Shown in pieces: positions 10,211-21,571 of a DNA stretch of 63,918 bases. The number at the start of each line of letters is the position of its first letter. Within the stretch, counting starts at the first letter, position 1. Under the pieces are notes generated by a model. That model worked only from the letters and a program-made list of their open reading frames with translations. It was not told where the DNA came from and made no database searches. The stretch is taken from positions 1-63,918 of IMG/VR virus record IMGVR_UViG_3300037722_000495. One strand, written 5' to 3'. The position numbers and the translations under genes are program-made. Source of the DNA: a virus (Duplodnaviria > Caudoviricetes).

Positions 10211-10212
10211 TT

Positions 10213-11760
10213 ATGGCTGTAGTGAATGCTGTTCAGGCAAACAAAAAGAATGTAGGTGATCCTAATGCAGCATACGAGTCATTACGTGATTTGTGGATTA
10301 AATGTAGAGCTGTTTGTAGTGGAGAAAGATTTGTAAAAGATCTTGATTCTATAGTGGACACTTACACTTTCTCAAATCTATTGATTCCTTTTTCTACTTC
10401 AATGACTCAAATGCAATACAATTTCTATAAAGCTGAAGCAGAATTACCTGGGATTACTGCACAATTCTCCAAAATGCTTGTAGGAGGTCTACTTAGGAAA
10501 CAACCTTCTTTGGAACTCCCTGAAGAGGTTCCTGAAGAATGTTATAACTGGATTATGAATGAATTTGGTGTAGATGATTGTAGCCTCTCAGCATTCCTAG
10601 ATGAAGCCTTATGGGAAGAGGTTCAGACAAATCGTTCCTGGATCTTTGTAGATTATCCTGAAGTACCTAATGTAAATGAATTGACTAAACAAGAATTACT
10701 GGAGTACTGTCCATATCCGATACTAGTTAAAGCAGAATCTATTATAAATTGGAAAGTTTCTAATAATATTAAAGGTAAACCTCTTCTGGAAAGAGTAATT
10801 GTTAAAGGTACAGAAGAAGATTATTCTGATGAGTTTCATCCAGAATTCTTCGAAGTTATTTATGTACATGAATTAGATAAATCTGGATATTACCAAATCA
10901 GAGTATATAAATCTAATAATCCAATGAGCATTGTTCCAACAATCTCAGGAAAAAGGATTGAGACTAATCGATCTAATACTTTTGTTTTAGATAGAACCAT
11001 AAATAATATTAAAAATAATGGCAAAAGACTCGAGTATATTCCTGCATGGCCTTTAAATGGAAATATTGAGCCTTCTGAACCAATTTTAATGCCGATAATT
11101 GATAAAGAAATTTCATTATATAATAAATTGAGCAGACGAAATCATTTACTCTATGGAGCTGCGACATACACTCCTATTATTTGTTCAGATATGACAGATG
11201 GTGATTTTAATAAAATTGTTAATGGTGGTTTGGGTTCTTGGATTCATTTGGAAGCTAATGGTAAAGCTGACATTTTAAAGACACCTACAGAAGCTCTAAA
11301 GGATATGGAAAGTACCATTGCGAATACTATTGAAGAGATGAGTAAACTAGGTATCAGAATGTTAACTCCAGAAACAGCTCAATCAGGTGTTGCATTGGAA
11401 ATTCGTAATGCTGCTCAGACTGCTCAATTAGGTACTTTCAATAGAAAAATTAGTAATACACTTAAACAAGTTATTGCTTGTATGATTAATTGGCGTTATG
11501 GACTTAATCTCTCTTATAATGATGTTAAGTTTTCATTATCTGAAGACTTTAATCCTGTACCTTTAGGTGCGGATTGGTTAAGATTGGTAACTGAATGGTA
11601 CGATCTGGGTCTTATTCCTAGATCCATATGGTTGATCATTCTTAAGGCTAATGATATTATTCCTCCTGATTATGATGATGAGGATGCTCAAAAAGAAATT
11701 AATAATGATGAGTTTATCATAAATAAAAATAAAAAATTGGAAGAAGATATGGAGAAATAA
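10213..11760 (+). CDS. Portal protein (DUF4055-like)
   Basis: 515 aa, upstream of MuF/scaffold/capsid; IFVDYP, ESIINW, QSGVALEIR patterns. Confidence 0.8.
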   Translation: MAVVNAVQANKKNVGDPNAAYESLRDLWIKCRAVCSGERFVKDLDSIVDTYTFSNLLIPFSTSMTQMQYNFYKAEAELPGITAQFSKMLVGGLLRKQPSLELPEEVPEECYNWIMNEFGVDDCSLSAFLDEALWEEVQTNRSWIFVDYPEVPNVNELTKQELLEYCPYPILVKAESIINWKVSNNIKGKPLLERVIVKGTEEDYSDEFHPEFFEVIYVHELDKSGYYQIRVYKSNNPMSIVPTISGKRIETNRSNTFVLDRTINNIKNNGKRLEYIPAWPLNGNIEPSEPILMPIIDKEISLYNKLSRRNHLLYGAATYTPIICSDMTDGDFNKIVNGGLGSWIHLEANGKADILKTPTEALKDMESTIANTIEEMSKLGIRMLTPETAQSGVALEIRNAAQTAQLGTFNRKISNTLKQVIACMINWRYGLNLSYNDVKFSLSEDFNPVPLGADWLRLVTEWYDLGLIPRSIWLIILKANDIIPPDYDDEDAQKEINNDEFIINKNKKLEEDMEK

Positions 11761-12045
11761 ATGACAATCTATGATTTCCAATATGAAAAACTAATTAGAT
11801 CAGATCATGTAACAGGCTCTGCAATATGTTTACAATGTGGACATACTTTTCAATCTATAGCTCCAGCCGGAGTACATGCTTTTGAGTGTCCATCCTGTCA
11901 CACTAATAAAGCTGTATTTCAAAATGGAATAGAACCACCTATTTTTTATGTTTGTGAATGTGGTTGCAACTTGTTTGTTTTAAGTGAATATGGTTCTATT
12001 TGTTGGAAATGTGGACAAGATGTTGATCCTTATTCAGAGGAATAA
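11761..12045 (+). CDS. Zinc-ribbon protein
   Basis: CLQC, CPSC, CECGC and CWKC motifs. Confidence 0.6.
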   Translation: MTIYDFQYEKLIRSDHVTGSAICLQCGHTFQSIAPAGVHAFECPSCHTNKAVFQNGIEPPIFYVCECGCNLFVLSEYGSICWKCGQDVDPYSEE

Positions 12046-12047
12046 TT

Positions 12048-15000
12048 ATGGCTTTAAATGCGAATACACAAATTCAAGATAAAGTTGTTGACAGAGCAGC
12101 TATGGTTAGACTTTATGAAAAGCGTGTAAACGATAAAGTCGAATTAACCTTAGATGGGCATAAAGTACGTGTTGATAAACTAATAAGAGAAGCAAAACTT
12201 TCTGATAAAGGTCTATTGAGACTGAGAGAAGCTATTGATCAAGATATTAAAAGTACTTTTAAGGAGATTTATAATACCAATAAAAGATCACTTTTAGATT
12301 TATTTACAGATCAAGCTTCTTTCGCTTATCAAAATATAGAAACCACTATGGGAAAAATCTGGCGTACTCAGAGACCTACTCGTAGAGTTGCTGAAGAAGT
12401 GGTTCTAGAAAGACCTTTATACAAAGAACATACCTTAGCCGCTGGATGGGCAGGTATTGGAGAAAACGAAAGAAAACGTTTAGAGCATGTAATAAGAAAA
12501 GGAATCGCTGATGGTAAATCAGTAGAAGATATAGCTCTTGCTGTACGTAAAGGTAATATACATAATATTACTAGAGCACAAAGCAAAGCTCTCGTTGTAA
12601 CCTCAATTACTAGTGTTCATGCTCAAGCAGATCATGCAGTTTATAAAGCTAATGAAAAAGCTCTTCATGGTTGGCAATACGTTGCAAAATTAGATTCTCA
12701 AACTACTAGATTATGTGCTTTTAGAGATGGTACAATATATCCTATCAGTGATACTGAACATCTACCACCTGCACATTTTAATTGCAGATCAGTGACGGTA
12801 CCAGTTTTTAAATCTTGGTCTGACATAGCCAAACTGGAGAATGTTGCTTATGTTCGTAAAAGAAATATTCAAAAGTTATCTAAGAAGGATTTGGATTTCT
12901 ATGATGGTCTGACTCCTATGCAAGAGTCTTATCATTCTTGGCTCCAAAGACAAACCCCGGAGATTCAATTACGTCATTTAGGTGATTATCAGAAACTTGA
13001 ATTGTTCAGAAAAGGACAACTCAATGCTAAAGCTTTTTTGAATGAAGATGGTAGAAGTTTGGGCATAAGAGAATTAAGAAAACAATCAGATGAGCTTTTC
13101 ACACTTCCTAATGACACCAGACGTTTTGCTATTGCTAAAGAAAAACTAGATTCAATGCATTTAGGAGCTTCTACACCAGATGATTTCATTAATGACACCG
13201 TTCTTACTAATACTCTAAGAGATTATTATCTACTACAAGCTAGTGAACTAGATGGAACCCTTTCATTAACTAATTATAGAGGAGCCTTGATAGGAACCAA
13301 GAAAGCTGTCAAAAGACGAGTATTAATTTCTCCTCCACGAGAAGACCAAATGATTTTTAATCCTTTGACTGGTAGATATCAGGATGTTCGTCTCTATCAA
13401 CCTAATCAAGCTGTTTTGAGTAATGGTTTAAGACTTGTAGAAGAAAGTGATAAGTTATTAGATCGTGATAAGAAGTTCATTAATGACTTTATTAATTCAT
13501 TAGACCAAAGAATGGGTGCAAATGAAAGAGCAGTAATAGCTGATAATCTAAGGATAATTTTTGGTAGATACAGAGACAATAAAGAAGTATGGTCTAATTT
13601 TAAAGCTGTAGTCCAGGGACAAATCAAATATGATGTAATGAATATCTCTGATGCAATAGAAACACAAATAAGAAAAGATTCAAATGTATTTAAAAGACTA
13701 TCTCAAGATAGTTACTTGGATACCATATTAGGACCAACGTCTTTAGATGAATTGCATGATAATTTTATTGATAATATTATTGCTAAAAATAAGTGGGAAG
13801 ACACAATGGCTCCTAAGCTCGCAAGAGAATTGAGAGAAGTTTTTGATCCTCATATTCCATTGAAAGTATCTTCCAGATTATCTGAAGATGAAATAAAACA
13901 ATTTTATCTTAAGTTGGCCCATCGATTAAGTTTAGCTGATTTACCTGATTTTGACCAATTTGCTGTAACTATAGGTAGAGATCTTTATAATCTAGCTAAC
14001 TTAACTGGCAAAAGATTGGAATGGTATAATTTAGGAAAAAGCATTCTCCAGTCAAAGAATGCATCCCGCTTGTATGAATTAGAAACATTCGGAATACAAA
14101 AAAGAAGAATGAAATCCAGATTAAGTGGTTCTTATTTTGGACCTTATTATGATACTCTAGGTTTTAATATTCGTATTGTTGATCCTAGAATCCAAGAGTA
14201 TGCTAAATTAACCAGGAAAGTGGAATTGGGTTTACGTGTAAGTGTAACATCAAAGAAGAATCGATTGCTTTTTAAAGAAGGTTATAAAACCTATTTTATT
14301 GATAAAGGTCCATTAGGTACTATAGATACTAGGATTCCTATTACTAGTACATCATCTTTCTCAGATTTTCCCGAAGAATTTCTTGATAAAGACATGATAG
14401 ATGCTCTTAATTGGGCTGCTAAAGCTGAATATCGTGTTGATCCTGATTTTCATGATTTTATAAATAAACTATTGTATTTCGAGGATGATAAAGGCCGAGC
14501 AAGACATTTTAATGAACTTAATGAGTATAGAAAGTATATAGCGGCTCGTGGTGATGCTTATGAACGGTTTAAAGCCATGCAATGGTTAAGAAAAGATAAT
14601 CGTTCGTTCTCTAATCATCCATTCATAGATCATCGAGCACGTATCTATGATAGAGGCCTTATCGGTCCTCAGAGTGGTGAAACCTTCAGACCATTTCTCA
14701 ATACTGCTGAGGAAAAGATTTTAGGTGTCAATGGTTATGAGAATCTTCAAGATCAAATTGGAGCATTCTTAGGTGGTCTCAGTGATGAATTAGAAGGTAA
14801 GTATAATTCTTTGACCTTTACTGGTAGACAGAAGATTGCAGAGAAATGGCGCAATGATCTAGTGACTATTGGTAATCATATGTTGAGAAAGAAACCTAAT
14901 GATATCAGAGCTATCCTGGAACATCCTTTAGTGCATCAGATTGAAGGTGAAGAATTAGGTAAGTTCTTAAGATTTGCCATAGAACAAGCTAAGATTGATA

Positions 15001-18000
15001 ATTATCTAGAATCTTTTGATAAAATAAAAAAGTACTCCAAACAGAATCTCCTTAATTTAGAAAAATATAAAACTGCATTAGCTTTAGAACAAGATGCCAG
15101 TTCTTCAGGAGCACAGATTATTGCGCTAACAACTCGTAATAAGCAATTAGCTGAACTTTCTAATGTAATTCCAACGAATCAAAAGAAGCGTCTCTATGAT
15201 GAGATTGCTGCTGCAACTGCGAGAGATCCTCGATTTGTTAAACTCAATGAGAAATTAGGATTGACAGAGAAAGATTTACGCAAGGCAGCGAAGGCGCAAA
15301 ACATGGTAGAATGTTGCCATGTATAAACTCCGTGAATTCAGGGAAACCCATTTTTGAATGGGCAATCCTGAGCCAAGCTTTAGGAGGAATCCTTTAGAAG
15401 GTGCAACGACTAAGACAAACGGTCCAGAACGGATTATGAAGTCTGTAGAGATTATGCCGATCTCGAAGCGCGGAGACGTAATATTCCATAGTGGAGGTTT
15501 ACGTAAAAGATAGTCTAACCGTATAGTAATATACGACAAAAGGAGTAAAAATGAATTATTATAAACAATATTTTAATTTGATAGAAAAACATGGACAACA
15601 ATCAAAACCAATAGAAGGTTATTTTGAGAGACATCATATCATTCCACGCTGCTTGGGTGGTAAAGATGAGTACGATAATTTGGTCTATTTAAATGCTAGA
15701 TGTCATTTACTTGCTCATTGGTTACTGATGAAAGCTTTACCATCTGAGAAAGGACTTAAAATCGCTTACACAACAATGAGTTCTAGAGATGGTATTAAAT
15801 TATCTCCAATAATGTATCAAATAGCGAAAGATGCTATTAGTGGTGATAATTCAATGCTTGCACGTGCTGTAGTCACACCTTTAGGTGAATTTCCAACAGT
15901 AGCAGCTGCTGCTAAAGCACATAATGTAGTCAAAGCTATTATTTCTAGAAAAGCAGGAAGTAAAAGCATATTACACCAAGGTTATTATTGGAAAGATTTT
16001 ATTGTAAAAGGTGATGTAGCTGATGGTAGAAATGCACATCATTTAAGAAAAGGTGTTTGTACACCTTTCGGAAACTTTGAATCTACACGTGAAGCTGGAA
16101 GAGTGCTTGGCATTAATCACTCTACCATCACCAAAAGAATAAGACGTGGTGATAAAGGCTACTCCTATATAAATTGAACATTCTACGGAGCAGGAGAGAG
16201 AACAGGTATTTTGAATGTTGAAGGAAAGCTTGCTAAGATATTAGGAAAAGATACTGAAACATTAGTCGTTAAAGCTTCTGACAGAGATACTGTATTAAAT
16301 GAGATATCAGCTAGGATTGCAAGAGTTGAGAAATTCGATCCAGAAGCAGCTTTGGAATTACGCGCTTTAAGAAATGATGTGAAAGATGTTTTTAATAAAG
16401 GCTTAGATCCAGGTGATGATATCTTGGAAGCTTTATGGTTCCTCGATCCTAAAACGAGAGACCTGGTTGAAGTAATGTCAAAGAATTATACTAAAGTAAT
16501 CACTCCAATGGATTTTAAAATAATTGCCAATATAATGAGTGAACATCTTTCTGAACAAGTTCCTATTCTTAAAGATTTTACTCGTTTCTTCGGAAGATTA
16601 GCTGAGGAGTTTTTGATTCATTCGAAACCTTCTGAAAGTGCTATGGATTGGAAAAAGATTGCTTCCATAGCAATTACAGGGACAAGAAAGAGTGGCTATC
16701 GTTTACCACCCAGGATTAGTGAGTTCTTCGGATTAAATCCTAATGAGTCTTTAAAAGAGAAAACATTAAAACGTTTATCTTTCTGGAAACCTGATAGTCC
16801 ATTAGCTGATATTCTTTTTGGAAATAAACAATCCAAATACAGACGTACTGGAACTATTATTGGAGGAAAATCCATAGTACTGCCAAGTATAAAAATAAAA
16901 CTAGAAAAATTCAAGCATCTTAGAATGGAATTCTTTAAGAGTAAAGATATTATAAAAGAAATGCAAATATTTTACACAAACAAATTACCTAAGAGATGGA
17001 CAAATATTCCTTGGGTAAATTTTGATGGTAAAGTAGTAGAGCAGAATTTTACTCAAACATTTGAAGAAAGAATCTTTTATAAAGATAAATTTGGTAATTG
17101 GACCACTAATATTCTTCAAGTTCCTCAGAAAACTGAAGCGACTTGGTGGGAACAAGTGATTAATAAATCTGGTAAGATTAATGATATCGCAGATTCTACT
17201 AAGGCTCGTACTGCATATGCAGTTAACGGTATTGATTTGCCGTTATAAAACTCCGTGAATTCAGGGAAACTCTCTAGTAGACAATCCTGAGCCAAGCTTG
17301 AGTGGGAACACTCTTGAAGGTGCAACGACTATTATGTAGGGCAGAAGTCTGCTCGAAGCGCGGAGATAGTTAGCATAACTATAAGAGATAGTCTGATCTG
17401 TATGGTGACATACAGCAGTTAATACAAGGAGATAACTAATGAAGTTAGAACGCTTAAAAGCCCTTTTCTACTATAAAGATGGAAATCTGTATAATCGTGT
17501 TTCTAGAGGTTCAGTTAAAAAAGATTCACTTTCAGGATATATTGCAGAAGATGGCTACAGACGTATTAGAGTTGATGGTAAATATTATTATATCCATAGA
17601 CTTATATGGTTTTTAATTACTTCGAAAATAGTTCCAGATGATCTCTTTATTGATCATATTGATGGAAATCGACTTAATAATGATATAAATAATTTACGTT
17701 TAGCAACATCTTTGGAAAATCAATATAATAAATTTAGACAAAGAAATGGTTCTAGTGTTTATAAAGGTGTATGGTATGATTCGAAAAAATCATGTTGGAA
17801 AGCAGCAATACGCTTAAAAGATACTAGAAAATATATTGGACAATTTGAAAGTGAATTAGAGGCTGCTATTGCCTATGATAAAATAGCAATAGAATTGCAC
17901 GGAAGATTTGCCAAACTCAATGTATTAACGGGTCAGGAGTAACGAACCTGATTGAACATATTGAATCATTCTAATGATGCTGTAATTGTAAAAAGATTTC

Positions 18001-18353
18001 ATCTATGGGGTATGAAGAATGGTGTTTCTACTTCTACTATCCATGACGCCTTCTTTGCTAATGCTGCTGATATGTTGGAAGCAAGAAGAGCTTTACGACA
18101 AAATTACGCAAAAGCATTAGATAGAAATGTTATAAAAATGACTTTGGATGAAATGTTAAAAAGAGGATTACCTAAAGAAATATATGATAGATATCTTGAA
18201 GAAGCAATTGAAAAAGGTTTAATACCTACTCCTGGTAAATCTAGAATAAATGGTAAACTAATGAAGGATACCGATATATTGTTAAGAGAAGATATTCTTC
18301 AGGAGATTCCAGAAGGATTCTCAACAGATTATGGTTGGTATGGTGTAGGTTAA
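12048..18353 (+). CDS. MuF/SPP1-gp7 minor head protein fused to T7-type RNA polymerase; join(12048..15307,16177..17230,17964..18353), about 1567 aa
   Basis: N-terminal MuF motifs WQYVAKLDSQT..LC and PPAHFNCRS. RNAP motifs DHRARIY, motif A QDASSSGAQ, spliced motif B RKAAKAQNMVTFYG, spliced VNGNHSNDA, motif C IHDAF. Exons join in frame (4704 nt). Confidence 0.9.
15308..16176 (+). mobile_element. Group I intron 1 (869 nt) in MuF-RNAP motif B
   Basis: P1 ACATGGT/GCCATGT with U-G at splice site; P10 AGAATGTT pairs with exon AACATTCT; core GAATTCAGGGAAAC, AATCCTGAGC, GTGCAACGACT, AAGATAGTC; ends in G. Confidence 0.93.
15551..16177 (+). CDS. Intron-encoded HNH homing endonuclease
   Basis: HHIIPRCLGG..D..NLV.L...H..AH motif; two C-terminal TP.G.F....A repeats (NUMOD-like); AAGGAG RBS. 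Confidence 0.88.
   Translation: MNYYKQYFNLIEKHGQQSKPIEGYFERHHIIPRCLGGKDEYDNLVYLNARCHLLAHWLLMKALPSEKGLKIAYTTMSSRDGIKLSPIMYQIAKDAISGDNSMLARAVVTPLGEFPTVAAAAKAHNVVKAIISRKAGSKSILHQGYYWKDFIVKGDVADGRNAHHLRKGVCTPFGNFESTREAGRVLGINHSTITKRIRRGDKGYSYIN
17231..17963 (+). mobile_element. Group I intron 2 (733 nt) in MuF-RNAP
   Basis: P1 TAACGGT/GCCGTTA with U-G; P10 TGATT/AATCA; same core motifs; ends in G; splicing restores VNG-NHSND. Confidence 0.93.
17439..17942 (+). CDS. Intron-encoded HNH-AP2 homing endonuclease
   Basis: HRLIW..IDHIDGNRLNN..NLR HNH; YKGV..W.A.I..IGQF..E.EAA.AYD AP2 domain. Confidence 0.9.
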   Translation: MKLERLKALFYYKDGNLYNRVSRGSVKKDSLSGYIAEDGYRRIRVDGKYYYIHRLIWFLITSKIVPDDLFIDHIDGNRLNNDINNLRLATSLENQYNKFRQRNGSSVYKGVWYDSKKSCWKAAIRLKDTRKYIGQFESELEAAIAYDKIAIELHGRFAKLNVLTGQE

Positions 18354-18361
18354 AAACAAAC

Positions 18362-18375
18362 CGTTAAATTAACCC
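18362..18375 (+). promoter_or_regulatory. Motif A copy 1 (CGTTAAATTAACCC), candidate phage promoter
   Basis: One of 4 identical intergenic copies; upstream of scaffold and capsid. Confidence 0.65.
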
Positions 18376-18468
18376 ACATAAAAGATTCTAAGAATGTTTC
18401 TTGGAATTTTCTTTAAAATATGGAAACTGTGTTTCTAAGACTGAGTCGTACTCAAAAAGGAAATTATA

Positions 18469-19119
18469 ATGGCTGATGAAAACAATAACAATGAAAGTCA
18501 GAATAAATCTGATCAACCTAATATTGAAGAGCTTGTACAACAACAACTAGAAGAAAAGCTCAAAGATATTAAGAGTAAGCTGGATAAAGCTTATGAAGCT
18601 CGTGATGCTGCAATGCAAAAAGCAGTAGAATTGGAGCAAAAACAACGTGAAGAGAACATTAAAAGGTTAGAGGCTGAAGGAAAAGAAAAAGAAGCACTTG
18701 AGGCTAAACTGGAAGACATTAATAAAAGGCTTTTGGAAGAGCAAGCAAAAAGCAAGACTTATGAACAACGAAATGTTGAACTTTCGAGAGACATTGCCGT
18801 TAAAACAGTTCTTGCTACTATGCCTTTTAGAAATGAAAAAGCAATTGCGATGGCTTTCAGTGAAATTACCGGTCAATTGATTCAGAATGCTAATGGAGTG
18901 TGGGTCCATAAGTCTGGGTCTTCTATTGCTGATTTTGTAAAAACTTTTTCTGAAGATGAATCTAACTCTTTCTTGTTCAAAGCTGCTGAAAATAATGGTG
19001 CTGGTTTGAAACCTAATTCTGGTTCTTCCTCTAATGATAAAAACACTTCTCTTTTCTCGAAATCTCAAGAGGAAGTTCTTAAATTAGCCCGTGAGGGTAA
19101 ACTAGCAAAGCGAAAATAA
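18469..19119 (+). CDS. Capsid scaffolding protein
   Basis: Coiled-coil, charged, Gly/Ser-rich tail, directly upstream of capsid gene. Confidence 0.75.
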   Translation: MADENNNNESQNKSDQPNIEELVQQQLEEKLKDIKSKLDKAYEARDAAMQKAVELEQKQREENIKRLEAEGKEKEALEAKLEDINKRLLEEQAKSKTYEQRNVELSRDIAVKTVLATMPFRNEKAIAMAFSEITGQLIQNANGVWVHKSGSSIADFVKTFSEDESNSFLFKAAENNGAGLKPNSGSSSNDKNTSLFSKSQEEVLKLAREGKLAKRK

Positions 19120-19144
19120 TTAATTCACTAAGGATTATAGTAAA

Positions 19145-20329
19145 ATGGATATCGATCTCGCTGGAGCGGACAATTTTGTTCTTCAATCCGCTATTTCTGC
19201 ATACTCGGATGAGGCTTACACTAATGCTAAGAAGCTGTCTTCTACTGGCATTGTAGGCAGCAATCCTGATATTGACACTAAAACTGAAACTTTTATTGGT
19301 CAGGTTCGTTGGTTCAAAACGATGAATCCTACTGTAAACGTTGCTTCTCTTACCGATCCTACCGCAGGTACCAAATCTAATTATGCTTCGGACTTCCTGA
19401 CCTACGTAAAGACTGTCCGTACCTATGGTGGTGAAAAAGTAAATATGCAGCAAGTTGTTACCCAGCAGGATGGTCTTGCTAAAATTGGTCGTGACTTTGC
19501 TGAACATCATGCTCAAGATGAACACGATGCTATCCTTTCGGTTATTAAAGGTGTAGCTATTTCGGAACTGATTAACGGTACTGGTGCTGGTTCTGGTCAG
19601 GCCGGTCTTGGTGGTCAAACTTTCGAGAATGATCCTACTGATAAGCGTTACGGTTTCTACGTAGACCTCGGTGGGGCAATGCCTGTAATTGCTGCTACTG
19701 ACGTTATTTCTGGTGCAGCTCGTGCGGAAGGTTTTGTACAAGCTTTTGGTATGGCATATAAAGACTACGAGCCTGCTTATGCATATCTTGTAGTTTCCCC
19801 GGCAGTAATGGCTTCTCTGCGTTCTGCTAACCTGGTTGATTCCACTACTGTTACTGATGGTAATGTTGAATTTAACACTATCTTTAATGGTAAATTCCGT
19901 TTGATTATGACTCGTGCTAATCAGAGCCTGTTGACTGCTGAATTGACAAAGCTTAAGACCGGTGCTGGCGTGGACCTGCATGTTGATAGCACCAAAACCA
20001 GCTTCATTGTTCTTCCTGGTGCTATTGCTTTGGAGCAGCTTGAAGTGCCTGTTCCTGTTGAGATTACCAGAGATGGTAACTCTTACAAGGGTGGTGGTTC
20101 TACCTCCATTTGGCATCGTTGGGGCTATGTTGCTGCTCCTGCAGGGTACAATTGGGCTGGTTCTGCTGAGAAGTTTCCCTCGAATGCTGAATATCAATAT
20201 GCTGTTGAAGCTGGTACCCCTACTGCTGTTACTGCTCTTACTGATGCAATTGCCAACACTACTGGTACTTGGGTTCGTAAATCTGCTTCTGCTCTTTCTC
20301 TGGGAATCCTTCCGATCTTCCATAAATAA
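19145..20329 (+). CDS. Major capsid protein
   Basis: 394 aa, strong high-expression codon bias, lies between scaffold and head-tail adaptor. Confidence 0.8.
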   Translation: MDIDLAGADNFVLQSAISAYSDEAYTNAKKLSSTGIVGSNPDIDTKTETFIGQVRWFKTMNPTVNVASLTDPTAGTKSNYASDFLTYVKTVRTYGGEKVNMQQVVTQQDGLAKIGRDFAEHHAQDEHDAILSVIKGVAISELINGTGAGSGQAGLGGQTFENDPTDKRYGFYVDLGGAMPVIAATDVISGAARAEGFVQAFGMAYKDYEPAYAYLVVSPAVMASLRSANLVDSTTVTDGNVEFNTIFNGKFRLIMTRANQSLLTAELTKLKTGAGVDLHVDSTKTSFIVLPGAIALEQLEVPVPVEITRDGNSYKGGGSTSIWHRWGYVAAPAGYNWAGSAEKFPSNAEYQYAVEAGTPTAVTALTDAIANTTGTWVRKSASALSLGILPIFHK

Positions 20330-20340
20330 TAGGAGAGTAT

Positions 20341-20814
20341 ATGCTTCTCCAAAAAGGTATCAATTCATATAGTTCTGTTTCTGATGCAGATCTGTATTTT
20401 GCTGGTCGTATAGATGCATCTGAATGGGAAAATGCAGATCAGAAAAGAAAAGAGCAAGCATTGATCACTTCCACAAAATACTTGGATGGCCTTCAATATG
20501 CAGGAAGTATAAAAGATGTCTCTCAAGAATTATCATTTCCTAGAATTGGAAAATACTATGATCCTAAGTTTGGGATGTTCAGAGACCTGGACCCAATCCC
20601 AAAGAGATTAATTCAAGCTGTACAAGAGTTTGCATTACATCTTTTGAAAAACGAAGGATTGTTAGATAATACTGGAAGTATCATAGAATTAGAAATTTCA
20701 TCTATAAAGTTGAATAAAATAAAGAATCCTAGTATATTGCCTTCATTTATTCAAGAAATATTGAATCCATTAAAAATAAATGGTGGTGCTAATACATGGT
20801 GGAGAGCTAACTAA
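20341..20814 (+). CDS. Head-tail adaptor (DnaT-like family)
   Basis: NSY.SV.DAD.YF, AL..ST.YLD, Q.L.FPR motifs. Confidence 0.75.
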   Translation: MLLQKGINSYSSVSDADLYFAGRIDASEWENADQKRKEQALITSTKYLDGLQYAGSIKDVSQELSFPRIGKYYDPKFGMFRDLDPIPKRLIQAVQEFALHLLKNEGLLDNTGSIIELEISSIKLNKIKNPSILPSFIQEILNPLKINGGANTWWRAN

Positions 20815-21164
20815 TGGATATCACTAAATTATTAGACAAAAATCTTGCTAAAGTATTCATTATGTTGAAAAGTATTAGTGTACAAGCTAAATTTCACACT
20901 AAGCTTATGTCAGACTTTGATTTTTCTAATAGTGATGTCATCTCCTCCACAACAATTGTAGAGGCTTCCATTATCCCTCTTGGTATCAAAAAAGATAATA
21001 AGGACAAAAGTGTAGTTACACAATTGATACTAGTTCAAAGTAAAGATATAAATGATCTTAATTTCTATGACAAGATCTTTTTCAGTGATGATCAATGGTC
21101 TTTAAAACGCATATTAAAGAGAGATCGAAGTATCTTATTAGCTGAACTTAAAAGAGAGGGATAA
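20814..21164 (+). CDS. Putative head closure protein
   Basis: Size and synteny. Confidence 0.5.
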   Translation: MDITKLLDKNLAKVFIMLKSISVQAKFHTKLMSDFDFSNSDVISSTTIVEASIIPLGIKKDNKDKSVVTQLILVQSKDINDLNFYDKIFFSDDQWSLKRILKRDRSILLAELKREG

Positions 21165-21571
21165 TGGGAAAATATCAGGATGTACAAAAAGATATATACT
21201 CCATTTTTGGTAGTAATTTATGGAAAAATAATAATATAAAAACAGTACCAATGAACATGACTCCTGATGATAATATTACAGAATTCATCAGAATCTCTAT
21301 TATACCAAGTGGTAGAGGAGAAAACTTAAAGTCTATTTCAGGTATAGTTATTGTAGATATTTTTGTGGAATCTCAATTAGGTCCATCTAGAGTCAATTAT
21401 ATTGCTGATCTTCTAGATGATTTCTTATTAGGTAAATCCATAAAGATTCAAAATAATAAAACAACGCAATTCAAACACAGCTCTTTATATCCTAAAGGAA
21501 TTGATATTGTAAATTCCAGTTTATATAGGGCTTCTTATAACATTGATTTTAACTTTACGGAGTCTCTCTAA
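21164..21571 (+). CDS. Putative tail terminator
   Basis: G...VDIFV..G pattern; directly upstream of tail tube. Confidence 0.6.
   Translation: MGKYQDVQKDIYSIFGSNLWKNNNIKTVPMNMTPDDNITEFIRISIIPSGRGENLKSISGIVIVDIFVESQLGPSRVNYIADLLDDFLLGKSIKIQNNKTTQFKHSSLYPKGIDIVNSSLYRASYNIDFNFTESL

Noticed and set aside
15308-16210. RNAP fragments as pseudogene, frameshift errors or split subunits
   Set aside because: Group I cores, P1 pairing and exact in-frame restoration of catalytic motifs explain all three breaks
19079-20323. 414-aa antisense ORF over the capsid gene
   Set aside because: Shadow of biased codon usage in the capsid gene; Ser/Thr-rich with no motifs. The same applies to 21521-22129 and the antisense ORFs in the tape measure
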